This document shows positions 37,901 through 45,051 of a stretch of 64,000 bases of DNA, in pieces. Under the pieces are notes generated by a model. It ran no database searches and had not been told where the DNA came from. It saw only the letters and a program-made list of their open reading frames with translations. The first letter of the stretch is position 1. Each line of letters begins with the position of its first letter. The stretch lies in the NCBI GenBank assembly GCA_964361405.1, contig CAYIAA010000004.1, positions 10,508-74,507 of the forward strand. The letters are read 5' to 3'. Made by a program: the position numbers and the translations under genes. The DNA is from an uncultured Candidatus Saccharibacteria bacterium. Its GTDB lineage: Bacteria > Patescibacteriota > Minisyncoccia > Phycocordibacterales > UBA3531.

Positions 37901-39495
37901 TCACTTTTGATAATGCTTCCACGCAGACTATTGCCGGCACTCTCACTCTTCAAGGAGCGGCCACTACCCTCCTCTCGCTCCACTCTGACGTTGACGGCAC
38001 CCAATGGGAGATCGATCCCCAAGGTACTCGGGACATTTCCTATATTGATGTCAAAGATTCCAACAACACCAATGCCACGGCCATTAACTGTATCAGTGAG
38101 AAAAGATGCACTGACTCGGGCAACAACACCAACTGGACCTTTGTCCAAGCCGCGAGTGCCCAAACCTCGAGCGAAACCACATCAAGCGGCGGGGGTGGCG
38201 GAGGAGGGGGACCAATAGGATTATTCGGGAGTATCGGTATTTCGATTCCATCCATTTCGGTCGTTGAAACAGTTACCCCGGTCGTTGAAACGATACATGA
38301 ATTTATAGAAGAAATAACGCCTTCTCTTATCCCTTTCATACCAGAGATATTCCGACCGAAGCCGCCACTTGCTGAAAAATCCCCCTCGGAGGCCGTGGAA
38401 ACTGTTACCCCGCCGTCATTCGCCGGCACATGGAAACTCTTGAATACCCAAAAGATCGGTGCCTTTGCTTTTGCACCATTGCCACCGGCCCTTGCCGCCC
38501 TCGTCGTGAAATTCCCCGAACTTGAAAAAACATTTGCGAAAGTCGGTGTGGTGCGTTTCTCGGATGTCGAGAAACTCGAAGGCGTGTCACTGCACTTACC
38601 ATCGTTTAGTGAAGTCGCTGACCTTCCAACCGAAGTGATATTTGCCAGCGCAGGGAAAAGACTTTTTGATTATAATTTGGCGCTCGACGTATCGGGGAGC
38701 GGAGAGTTGACACAGCGCCTCAACGCCGTTTCCGGTCAGCTGCTCGAACTTTCTGTCCGGCCGGAGCATGCGGTAACAAGTATCGATGGATATCTCACTC
38801 TGAAAACGAGCGCGTTCTCGGAAGATACGGAGACGATACCGGCACGATCTCTCACCGCGGGGCTTATTATGTCGCACGCGGTTTTTGCACAGTCGATTTC
38901 AGATAAAGTTAAGATCGAAGATCGGCTTCTTCTTACCTCATTTGACTATGCTGATCCTGACTACGACGGTGTGTACACCGCAGCTCTTCAGGCGCCCCTC
39001 GTCGCTGGGAATTTTGAAGTTATTACGATTATTACTTACGAAGACCCGAAACTCGGCAGAAAGGAACTTCGGTTGACGCTCGTTGTTGACCCAGAGGGCT
39101 ATGTCTATAGCCTGGTTTCAGGTGGCGAGCTCCGTATAGAAAATGCCCTCGTCACAATTTACTGGAAGAATGAAGAAACAGGGGCTTTCGAGATTTGGAA
39201 CGCACGGGAGTTCCAGCAAGTGAATCCGCAAACGACTGAAACAAGCGGTGAATACTCTTTCCTTGTCCCGCCCGGCACCTATTATCTTTCCGTACTCGCG
39301 TCCGGGTATGAGCCCTACACGAGCGAACCATTCCCAGTTCTCGTTGGGTCCGGAGTCCATCGGAATATTGAACTCACCCCCCAGGGCGGTATATTCCGTC
39401 GGATAAATTGGATAGTAGTGGTCGGAGTGTTCCTCACACTCTCCCTCCTCTACAATTTCTATCGGGATCGGACAAGGTTGCGAAGTGCTTCATGA
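34930..39495 (+). CDS. Giant (1521 aa) cell-surface protein: signal peptide, long Thr/Gly/Asn-rich beta-helix-like region with ~33-aa degenerate tandem repeats, poly-Gly linker, C-terminal Ig-like (carboxypeptidase-regulatory-like) module and a TM anchor
   Basis: GTG start. Signal/TM FLFVFAVLVGGVLFLGLASPRTSFAAA. Repeats of the form SGTLTAPSGxFTVxGNWxQSGGTFTHSSGTVTF. GGGGGGGGP at ~1085. C-terminal INWIVVVGVFLTLSLLYNFY. Confidence 0.8.
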   Translation: MTKIKTVSFKHARFLFVFAVLVGGVLFLGLASPRTSFAAACQSAAPGGANWSNAGAWTNCGGTTPGAADTVQILNGDVVALDTNATTTSITIDNGGLLYEDGARVLVVSGGWTNNGTFTSGTGLVKFTGTQTITGTTTFNGLEFAPTSAATFTIASGTFATTTGTLTISGSNNVTLNTGNLNAQGNIMVTNSGTGGGGTATITINGTGSQTLTGPSTLGQGILPNLTYNKTSGSFSATGNITVSDFRINAGTFTSTSGTLEVQGSTLNMSGGTFTHNGGTVRIKYSMTLTGSQTFNNLELIPTGGRTLTIASGTFATTTGTLTYGTYSNSSADRMTINTGNIDAQGDITVTNVSTILGGGTATITINGTGAQVFTGPATLNANPLARLPKITIDKPSGTLTLAGFITVAGNWTYVRGTVDATTNDSTVVTIANITFDGQGTSATMAFDNIRVHAGTVTLGGNLDMDGNLTIISSRFLVAADFSVNVAGDWSNSGTYTSGTNTTTFDGSGTSTITTGGTGTGNDFQDFTVDKSGGATAQLLGPLDVDGTLTITAGTLDLNTQNLSTVTTCDNSATFKLAGDETISCTPTNNAGSTVEYTATTTTRNIKDWTYHHLTVNGSGGTFTSGADETIGGNLTVSAGTLDTSTGSRTFTVNNTLTVNGGTLTATNGTLNANRDVSLTSGTLTAPSGVFTVLGNWVQSGGTFTHSSGTVTFASTSVQTLNSGGSTFNAISHNAGGTLRFSTNPLYASSTVTNSDGTFDANDLAVLADGLVTVSGGEYQSKTASSTFSGGLTVSGGTFTGSTGGVEVNGNLALSSGTLTAPSGPFLVSGSWSQTGGTFTPGTGTVRFDGTAAGNTINTGGTSFYQLTVNGSGGAWTLATSNATTTATTTVTAGTLTVPATLTLSTASTTINGGTLTATSGTLDINGNLTLSSGTLTAPSGTMTLSGNFTNSGGTFTHSSGTFTLDGADQTLSGATIFGNLTKTVTSARILTFDNASTQTIAGTLTLQGAATTLLSLHSDVDGTQWEIDPQGTRDISYIDVKDSNNTNATAINCISEKRCTDSGNNTNWTFVQAASAQTSSETTSSGGGGGGGGPIGLFGSIGISIPSISVVETVTPVVETIHEFIEEITPSLIPFIPEIFRPKPPLAEKSPSEAVETVTPPSFAGTWKLLNTQKIGAFAFAPLPPALAALVVKFPELEKTFAKVGVVRFSDVEKLEGVSLHLPSFSEVADLPTEVIFASAGKRLFDYNLALDVSGSGELTQRLNAVSGQLLELSVRPEHAVTSIDGYLTLKTSAFSEDTETIPARSLTAGLIMSHAVFAQSISDKVKIEDRLLLTSFDYADPDYDGVYTAALQAPLVAGNFEVITIITYEDPKLGRKELRLTLVVDPEGYVYSLVSGGELRIENALVTIYWKNEETGAFEIWNAREFQQVNPQTTETSGEYSFLVPPGTYYLSVLASGYEPYTSEPFPVLVGSGVHRNIELTPQGGIFRRINWIVVVGVFLTLSLLYNFYRDRTRLRSAS

Positions 39496-39523
39496 ATAGT
39501 ATAATCACGAGCGTGCCCACTAT

Positions 39524-39754
39524 ATGAAAAAACCTCTGTATATTTTTTCAGCGTGTATCTTTTTCTTACTCATCGCCACGCTCTGGTGGGGGTGGGCGCT
39601 AGAAAAGGAGGTTCTAGAACTCAAGGCGAATGAGCTGTCCATAGAGGTTAATGGGAAGGTAATCGAATTTGCACATGCTTTTATAACCATTGTTCTCCGT
39701 GCCGATGGCGAAGTGGATTTCGAAGACCGACTGAAACTTGAGACTATGGTTTGA
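39524..39754 (+). CDS. Small membrane protein (76 aa). The ORF is followed in-frame by a further 52 sense codons after its TGA (39752-39754), ending at TAA 39911-39913.
   Basis: N-terminal helix LYIFSACIFFLLIATLWWGWAL. The downstream frame (GIGDKEIFDAWSAIPKS...GGGVKISE) is protein-like. Possible pseudogene, sequencing error or readthrough. Confidence 0.35.
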   Translation: MKKPLYIFSACIFFLLIATLWWGWALEKEVLELKANELSIEVNGKVIEFAHAFITIVLRADGEVDFEDRLKLETMV

Positions 39755-39927
39755 GGCATTGGCGACAAAGAGATATTTGACGCATGGAGCGCAATACCGA
39801 AGAGTACGAGTGAAAACGTCGCACAAAAACGGGTTCTCGACCTGCTTGAAATTCTCTTTGGGAAAATCAGCACGCAAGAGAATGCGGGGGGAGGCGTAAA
39901 AATATCGGAGTAATCAAGAGAGAAACT

Positions 39928-40170
39928 GTGAACAACAATACTGTTATCATGTATACAACTCCGACGTGCACGTACTGCAAAATGGCGAAGGATTTCTTCA
40001 AAGCGCAGGGAGTTGTGTATTCAGAGCACGATGTCGTCTCTGATCTTTCGGCGCGAAAAGAGATGATCGATAAATCAGGCCAGATGGGAGTACCGGTGAT
40101 TGAAGTGAACGGCGAAATCGTTATCGGTTTCAACAAGGAAAAGCTCTCAACTCTTCTCGGATTCGTCTAG
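39928..40170 (+). CDS. Glutaredoxin-like protein (thioredoxin fold, CxxC)
   Basis: YTTPTCTYCKMAKDFF active site. A GVP cis-Pro region and a C-terminal GF motif (VIGFNKEKLSTLLG). Confidence 0.8.
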   Translation: MNNNTVIMYTTPTCTYCKMAKDFFKAQGVVYSEHDVVSDLSARKEMIDKSGQMGVPVIEVNGEIVIGFNKEKLSTLLGFV

Positions 40171-40176
40171 GAGGAT

Positions 40177-41133
40177 ATGGAGTCCTACGATGTCGTCATT
40201 ATTGGCACTGGCGCCGCAGGACTCTCCGCGGCACTCTATGCGGGGCGCTACCGGCTGAAAACACTCGCAATCGGAAAAGAATTCGGCGGAGAGACCGCGA
40301 CAGCCGGCGTGATCCACAATTACCCCGGCGTCGCGGATGTCGACGGCTACGACCTTATGAAGATTATGCGCGAGCAAGCGGAAGGTGTCGGCTCGGAAAT
40401 TATTGATGGAGAGGTGACGGAAGTGCGAGGCGACCAAGGATGTTTCATCATTGTAGCGGGTGGGAAAGAATACTCCGCGGGTACGATTATTTTTGCCTTG
40501 GGCACAAAGCGGAGGCATCTGGGACTCCCTAATGAAAAAGAACTCACTGCGCGTGGGGTCCACTACTGCATCACCTGCGACGGGCCGCTGTATACTGGCA
40601 AAACAATCGCCGTTGTCGGCGGGGGAGATGCCTCGGTAAAGGGCGTCAATTTGGCGGGGGAGTACGCAGAGAAGATTTATCTGATCGTGATGGACAAAAA
40701 GATTACCGCAGAGCCGATTAATTACCAACAAATGGAACGGCTGGGAAATAAAGTAGAGATACTCTACGAGACCGAGGTCAAAGAGATTATAGGGAGCGAA
40801 AAACTCGAACACCTCGTACTCTCAAAGCCCTTCAGTGGTTCGACCAATCTTGCAGTAGACGGTCTTTTTGTTGAAATTGGCGCACTGCCGAATGTTCTGC
40901 TTCCTCAATCACTCGGCGTATTGCTCGACAGTCGCGGCTATATTGCTACTGACGCCATGATGAAGACGAATGTGCCCGGTATTTTTGCCGCAGGAGATAC
41001 GGTAAATCTCTTTGGGAGGTTTAAGCAGGATGTTACGGCTGTGGCTATGGGAGCCGTTGCGGCAACATCGTCCTACGAGCACGTTAAGCAGAACGGAAAT
41101 GTATGTGTTATTCATCAACGCGTGAGGGCGTGA
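40177..41133 (+). CDS. trxB: Thioredoxin-disulfide reductase
   Basis: FAD motif VVIIGTGAAGLSAALYAGR, redox CITCDG, NADPH motif AVVGGGDAS, C-terminal GIFAAGD. Confidence 0.9.
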   Translation: MESYDVVIIGTGAAGLSAALYAGRYRLKTLAIGKEFGGETATAGVIHNYPGVADVDGYDLMKIMREQAEGVGSEIIDGEVTEVRGDQGCFIIVAGGKEYSAGTIIFALGTKRRHLGLPNEKELTARGVHYCITCDGPLYTGKTIAVVGGGDASVKGVNLAGEYAEKIYLIVMDKKITAEPINYQQMERLGNKVEILYETEVKEIIGSEKLEHLVLSKPFSGSTNLAVDGLFVEIGALPNVLLPQSLGVLLDSRGYIATDAMMKTNVPGIFAAGDTVNLFGRFKQDVTAVAMGAVAATSSYEHVKQNGNVCVIHQRVRA

Positions 41134-41975
41134 TGGGCAACAATACCATGTCTCACAAACTCCTTTTTGATATCGGTGGTACGCGGACACGTCTCGCATT
41201 CTCGCCCGACGACGATACCCTGGGTGCCATAGAAAGTTTTGATACAGCGAAAGAATTCGGAGATCAGCTAAAAGCCATGAAGAGTGCGGCTTTGAAGTTA
41301 GCCGGCGGCGATGTACAAGGGATTTTTGGAGGATTGCCGGGGGTTTTAAATCGCGATAAAACCACTCTTCTCACTTCACCACATCTGCCTCAATGGGTAG
41401 GCGTAAATATAAAGGAATCGCTTCGTACATTATTCGGCGGAGATGGAGAGGTGCGACTTGAGAATGATGCCGCACTCGCGGCTTTGGGAGAAGCACACCG
41501 TGGTGCCGGGAAGGGATATCGCATTGTTGCCTATATCGGCGTTGGAACAGGGATAGGCGGCGCTCGCATCGTAGGTGGAAAAATTGATGAGAGATTCGCC
41601 GGTTTTGAACCTGGGCACCAGATTATTGATGTTCGTGGAACACTTCACCCGGAGGCAGGGAATAAAACGAGGTTCGAGGAATTAGTTTCAGGTTCTGCAT
41701 TCGAAAAACGCTTTGGAAAACATCCACGGGAAGTCACCGACGAGGCGGTATGGGACGAAACGGCAAAGATTTTCGCCGTGGGGCTTCATAATACTATCGT
41801 CCACTGGTCGCCGGAGGTAGTTGTCCTCGGCGGGAGCATGTTCAAAACACCGGGAATATCAATAGAGCGCGTCCGAGACACCCTCAAGGAATACCTCGCC
41901 ATTTACCCGGAACTTCCGGAGTTGAAGCATGCCGAGCTTGGAGATGAGAGCGCCCTATATGGCGCACTCATCTGA
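41133..41975 (+). CDS. ROK-family sugar kinase / glucokinase-like ATPase. The start is set at ATG 41133, overlapping the trxB stop (ATGA).
   Basis: LLFDIGGTRTRLAF phosphate-1 motif, ENDAALAALGE, GVGTGIGGARIVGG. Confidence 0.7.
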   Translation: MGNNTMSHKLLFDIGGTRTRLAFSPDDDTLGAIESFDTAKEFGDQLKAMKSAALKLAGGDVQGIFGGLPGVLNRDKTTLLTSPHLPQWVGVNIKESLRTLFGGDGEVRLENDAALAALGEAHRGAGKGYRIVAYIGVGTGIGGARIVGGKIDERFAGFEPGHQIIDVRGTLHPEAGNKTRFEELVSGSAFEKRFGKHPREVTDEAVWDETAKIFAVGLHNTIVHWSPEVVVLGGSMFKTPGISIERVRDTLKEYLAIYPELPELKHAELGDESALYGALI

Positions 41976-42038
41976 ACTTGCGTCTAGAGAGAGACAGAAC
42001 TCTCATAAAGAGAGGCCCCAATAGAACAATGTGGTACT

Positions 42039-43145
42039 ATGGCGCCCATGTCACTTAAAGCGGGTATTGTTGGGTTGCCGAATGTGGGGAAATCGACCTT
42101 GTTTAATGCGCTCACCGGTCGGTCAGTTCCTGCCGAGAACTATCCTTTTACTACCATTGATCCGTCGGTGGGGACGATCTCGGTGCCCGATGAAAGGCTT
42201 ATAAAGCTTACCGAGCTGTCGCGATCAAAAAAGACCGTTCCAGCCATTGTTTCATTTGTGGACATTGCCGGACTCGTTCAAGGAGCGCACAAGGGTGAAG
42301 GGCTCGGCAACCAGTTTCTTTCTCACATCCGAGAAGTTGACGCGATCATTGAAGTTGTCCGATTATTTTATGACGATAAAATTATTCATGTTGGAGGAAA
42401 AGTCTCTCCGGTTGAAGATATCGGGGTCATTGAACTTGAACTTACACTTGCGGATCTGGGGACGGTCGAGCGGCGGCTCGGCGCACTTACCGGAGATGTG
42501 AAAAAGGGCATCCCTCTGGCACTTCTCGAAACAAAAGTTTTAAGTTCACTTAAGGAAGCCCTTGAGAGGGGAAAGAGGGTCTCCTCTCTTCAACTGGATA
42601 AAAAAGAAGAGCCCTTCGTGAAGAATCTTTCTCTTCTTACCGCGAAACCCGTTTTGTATGCGTTCAATATAAAAATTGGCGGACGCAATATGAATGAAAC
42701 CGAGCCGGAAAAGTTTCAGGAGTTTTGTGACGGAATACAGAGCCGCGGCGATCGGTATGTCATCGTCGACGCGGGGCTTGAGTTTGGGATGGAGTCACTC
42801 TCGAAGGAAGAGCAATCCGAAATTCGTGCCGGATTGCCTTCGGGATATGGAGGGCTCGATGCCCTTATCAAAGAATCTTATGCACTTCTTGATCTCATCA
42901 CATTTTTTACAACGGGCGAGGATGAGACACGTGGATGGACAATTTCCCGAGGTGAGAGCGCACCGGAGGCGGGAGCCGCAATCCACACTGACTTTCGGGA
43001 TACATTTATTCGAGCGGAAGTTGTCGCCGCAAGCGATCTCCTCACGTTGGGAAGTATGGCGAAGGCCCGGGAAGATGGGCGCGTTCGAACGGAAGGGAAG
43101 GAATACATCGTAAAAGATGGAGATGTAATTGAGTTTAAGATATAG
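42039..43145 (+). CDS. ychF: Redox-regulated ATPase YchF (Obg family)
   Basis: GIVGLPNVGKSTLFNALT G1 motif, DIAGLV G3, NxxE-type G4 variant, C-terminal TGS domain (KEYIVKDGDVIEFKI). Confidence 0.95.
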   Translation: MAPMSLKAGIVGLPNVGKSTLFNALTGRSVPAENYPFTTIDPSVGTISVPDERLIKLTELSRSKKTVPAIVSFVDIAGLVQGAHKGEGLGNQFLSHIREVDAIIEVVRLFYDDKIIHVGGKVSPVEDIGVIELELTLADLGTVERRLGALTGDVKKGIPLALLETKVLSSLKEALERGKRVSSLQLDKKEEPFVKNLSLLTAKPVLYAFNIKIGGRNMNETEPEKFQEFCDGIQSRGDRYVIVDAGLEFGMESLSKEEQSEIRAGLPSGYGGLDALIKESYALLDLITFFTTGEDETRGWTISRGESAPEAGAAIHTDFRDTFIRAEVVAASDLLTLGSMAKAREDGRVRTEGKEYIVKDGDVIEFKI

Positions 43146-43208
43146 TTCGGCGCGTAGAGTATATATACTGTGGCGGAGGACTATATACAATACAACGTTG
43201 CAGAGTTA

Positions 43209-43259
43209 TCATAATCATGATAACTTGTGTTTTCTACAACAATACTTTTTTGCTATAAT
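43209..43259 (+). promoter_or_regulatory. Candidate promoter/operator for the hicB-like gene: palindrome TTATCATAATCATGATAA (43209-43226) and -10 TATAAT (43254-43259), 16 nt upstream of ATG 43276
   Basis: The palindrome and the consensus -10 hexamer are seen directly in an AT-rich 130-nt intergenic stretch. Confidence 0.4.
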
Positions 43260-43275
43260 TAAATCGATACGTATG

Positions 43276-43611
43276 GACGTAACGCAAGCACGAAACAGGT
43301 TAAAGGCATTCATGGGGGAGTATGACACACTAACTTTTAGTGTGTCTGATTATCCTAGTGGTGAATGGATAGCAGAATGCAGAGAAATTCCTGCGATTCT
43401 AACTGGAGGTATGAACGAAGCTGCTCCAGAACGTATCGAAAAAATGCAAGATGCTATTATCACTGCTGCAGGGATTCCAGCAGGACACGCTAACGTTCTT
43501 AAGCTTTCTGGATATCAATTTAATGAAGAAGCACAACAGGAGTTAGGTAGGTCTTTTAATTCAATGGCAACATATGTCCTACAACCCGAGAGAAGCCTAC
43601 AGGTCTGTTAG
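43276..43611 (+). CDS. HicB-like antitoxin domain protein (UPF0150/HicB_lk_antitox-like)
   Basis: YDTLTFSVSDYPSGEWIAECREIPAILTGGMNEAAPERIEKMQDAI fits the HicB N-terminal pattern (y..ve..e.gGyva.vPelpGc.sqGeT.eEA...ireAi). Local GC is lower than the flanks. Confidence 0.5.
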   Translation, partial: DVTQARNRLKAFMGEYDTLTFSVSDYPSGEWIAECREIPAILTGGMNEAAPERIEKMQDAIITAAGIPAGHANVLKLSGYQFNEEAQQELGRSFNSMATYVLQPERSLQVC

Positions 43612-43915
43612 GCTTAACAAAGGACATCTTGTTGCCCGGATAAAAAATATAACCCAGAGTAAATGGACCAAGGTTTGTGAAAATCTTGGCCTTTTTGTAT
43701 CAAAAGAATATGGAAAAGGAGGACACTACTCCGTTTATAGGTCAAAAGAATGTTCCCCAGAGTACACAAATGATAGTAGTTGTCTCGTTTTAACTATTCA
43801 GAAAGACCAATATCCAGAAATTCAGAGGGATAATGTAAAAAAGATTGTTGCCTATGGGGCTTACAGTAAGCTTTATACAGAAGAAGATGTTTGGAAAGCT
43901 TTAGGAATTCAATAA
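43574..43915 (+). CDS. Possible HicA-like mRNA-interferase toxin (divergent, 113 aa). It overlaps the upstream gene by 38 nt.
   Basis: KVCENLGLFVSKEYGKGGHYSVYRS resembles the HicA core (G-f....GSHh.f). Assignment is weak. Confidence 0.35.
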   Translation: MSYNPREAYRSVRLNKGHLVARIKNITQSKWTKVCENLGLFVSKEYGKGGHYSVYRSKECSPEYTNDSSCLVLTIQKDQYPEIQRDNVKKIVAYGAYSKLYTEEDVWKALGIQ

Positions 43916-43925
43916 CCCGATTTTA

Positions 43926-43979
43926 TATCAAGGGCCGCCCTTGATAATTAAGGACACTTGGAAGCTTCGCTTCCAAGTG
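43926..43979. repeat. Two adjacent hairpins: ATCAAGGG-CCG-CCCTTGAT (43926-43944), and a copy of the dispersed palindrome CACTTGGAAGC-TTC-GCTTCCAAGTG (43955-43979)
   Basis: Seen directly. Located immediately downstream of the hicA-like stop. Confidence 0.7.
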
Positions 43980-44064
43980 CGAAAAAGATAAGTTCTCGTG
44001 GCGAGAGTTGTACCCTTATGGAAATTAGTGATATACTTGCCCCATACTAGTTATTCACTAAAAT

Positions 44065-45030
44065 ATGAATACAGACACACAACGTATAAGAACAAGTCCG
44101 AAGGATTTTTTCCTTCACGTAGCCGCAATCATAACGCTCTATACGAGCTCCTATGCGCTACTCCAGCTTACGTTCCAGCTCGTAGATTATCTTTTCCCGG
44201 ATGAGCTTGCGTTCTATGTCGATCCGTATGCCGGCGCGATTCGCTGGTCCATTGCACTTCTCGTCATTATTTTCCCCGTCTATATCTTGTGCATGTGGTT
44301 TTTGAATCGGGAAATGGTGAAAAATCCAGAAAAGCGAGATGTCGGAATCAGAAAATGGCTTCTCTATCTTACGCTTTTCATCTCCGGCACCGTGGTTATT
44401 GGAGACCTCATTGCTCTCATCAATACTTTCCTGGGAGGTGAAATTACGGCTCGTTTCATGTTGAAGGTCAGTGCTGTACTCATCGTTGCCGCGCTCATTT
44501 TCGGTTACTATATCTTCGACTTACGCTCGAGTGGCGGGCGCGACCGCCGGAAGTACCGAATATTTATGGGGACCGCTATCGCCCTCGTACTTGCCGTTCT
44601 CGTCGGTGGATTCCTAGTGATGGGTTCACCGGGGACACAGCGTATTAAGCGTTTTGATGCGACACGCGTGGAGAATTTACAGGCAATTCAGTGGGAAATC
44701 ATCAATTATTGGCAACAGCGCCAAATACTTCCACCTGACCTTGAAGCCATGACAAACCCTATCGGCGGATGGATTGCCCCGACAGACCCCGATACCCAGG
44801 AACCTTACAACTATGAAGTACTTGGGTCGCGCATCTTTAAACTCTGTGCCACCTTTAGTCTCGCTTCAGACGGAGTCTCTGGAGCGGATACCCTTTCTAG
44901 AGAGCCAGCCCGGCCGGTTAAGGCGATTCCCGGGGGGAGTATGGAATCGTGGAATTGGCAGCACAACACTGGACCAACTTGTTTTGAGAGAACCATCGAC
45001 CCACAGATATATCCCCCATACAAGAATTAA
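44065..45030 (+). CDS. Hypothetical polytopic membrane protein (~6 TM in the N-terminal 190 aa, soluble C-terminal domain)
   Basis: Hydrophobicity pattern only. A possible DUF5671-like architecture, not confirmed. Confidence 0.5.
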   Translation: MNTDTQRIRTSPKDFFLHVAAIITLYTSSYALLQLTFQLVDYLFPDELAFYVDPYAGAIRWSIALLVIIFPVYILCMWFLNREMVKNPEKRDVGIRKWLLYLTLFISGTVVIGDLIALINTFLGGEITARFMLKVSAVLIVAALIFGYYIFDLRSSGGRDRRKYRIFMGTAIALVLAVLVGGFLVMGSPGTQRIKRFDATRVENLQAIQWEIINYWQQRQILPPDLEAMTNPIGGWIAPTDPDTQEPYNYEVLGSRIFKLCATFSLASDGVSGADTLSREPARPVKAIPGGSMESWNWQHNTGPTCFERTIDPQIYPPYKN

Positions 45031-45051
45031 AACCTTCTATCTTCTGCTACT

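Noticed and set aside
35610-38429. Multiple antisense ORFs (up to 267 aa) inside the giant surface-protein gene
   Set aside because: They arise from the reverse complement of repetitive Thr/Gly/Ser codons (Val/Pro/Ala-rich translations). The sense gene has a signal peptide, a TM anchor and a coherent repeat structure.
39752-39754. Selenocysteine or alternative genetic code (UGA=Gly) at the in-frame TGA
   Set aside because: Many unambiguous genes here terminate with TGA (uvrB, uvrA, trxB and others). No SECIS-like element was seen. Pseudogene or error is more likely.
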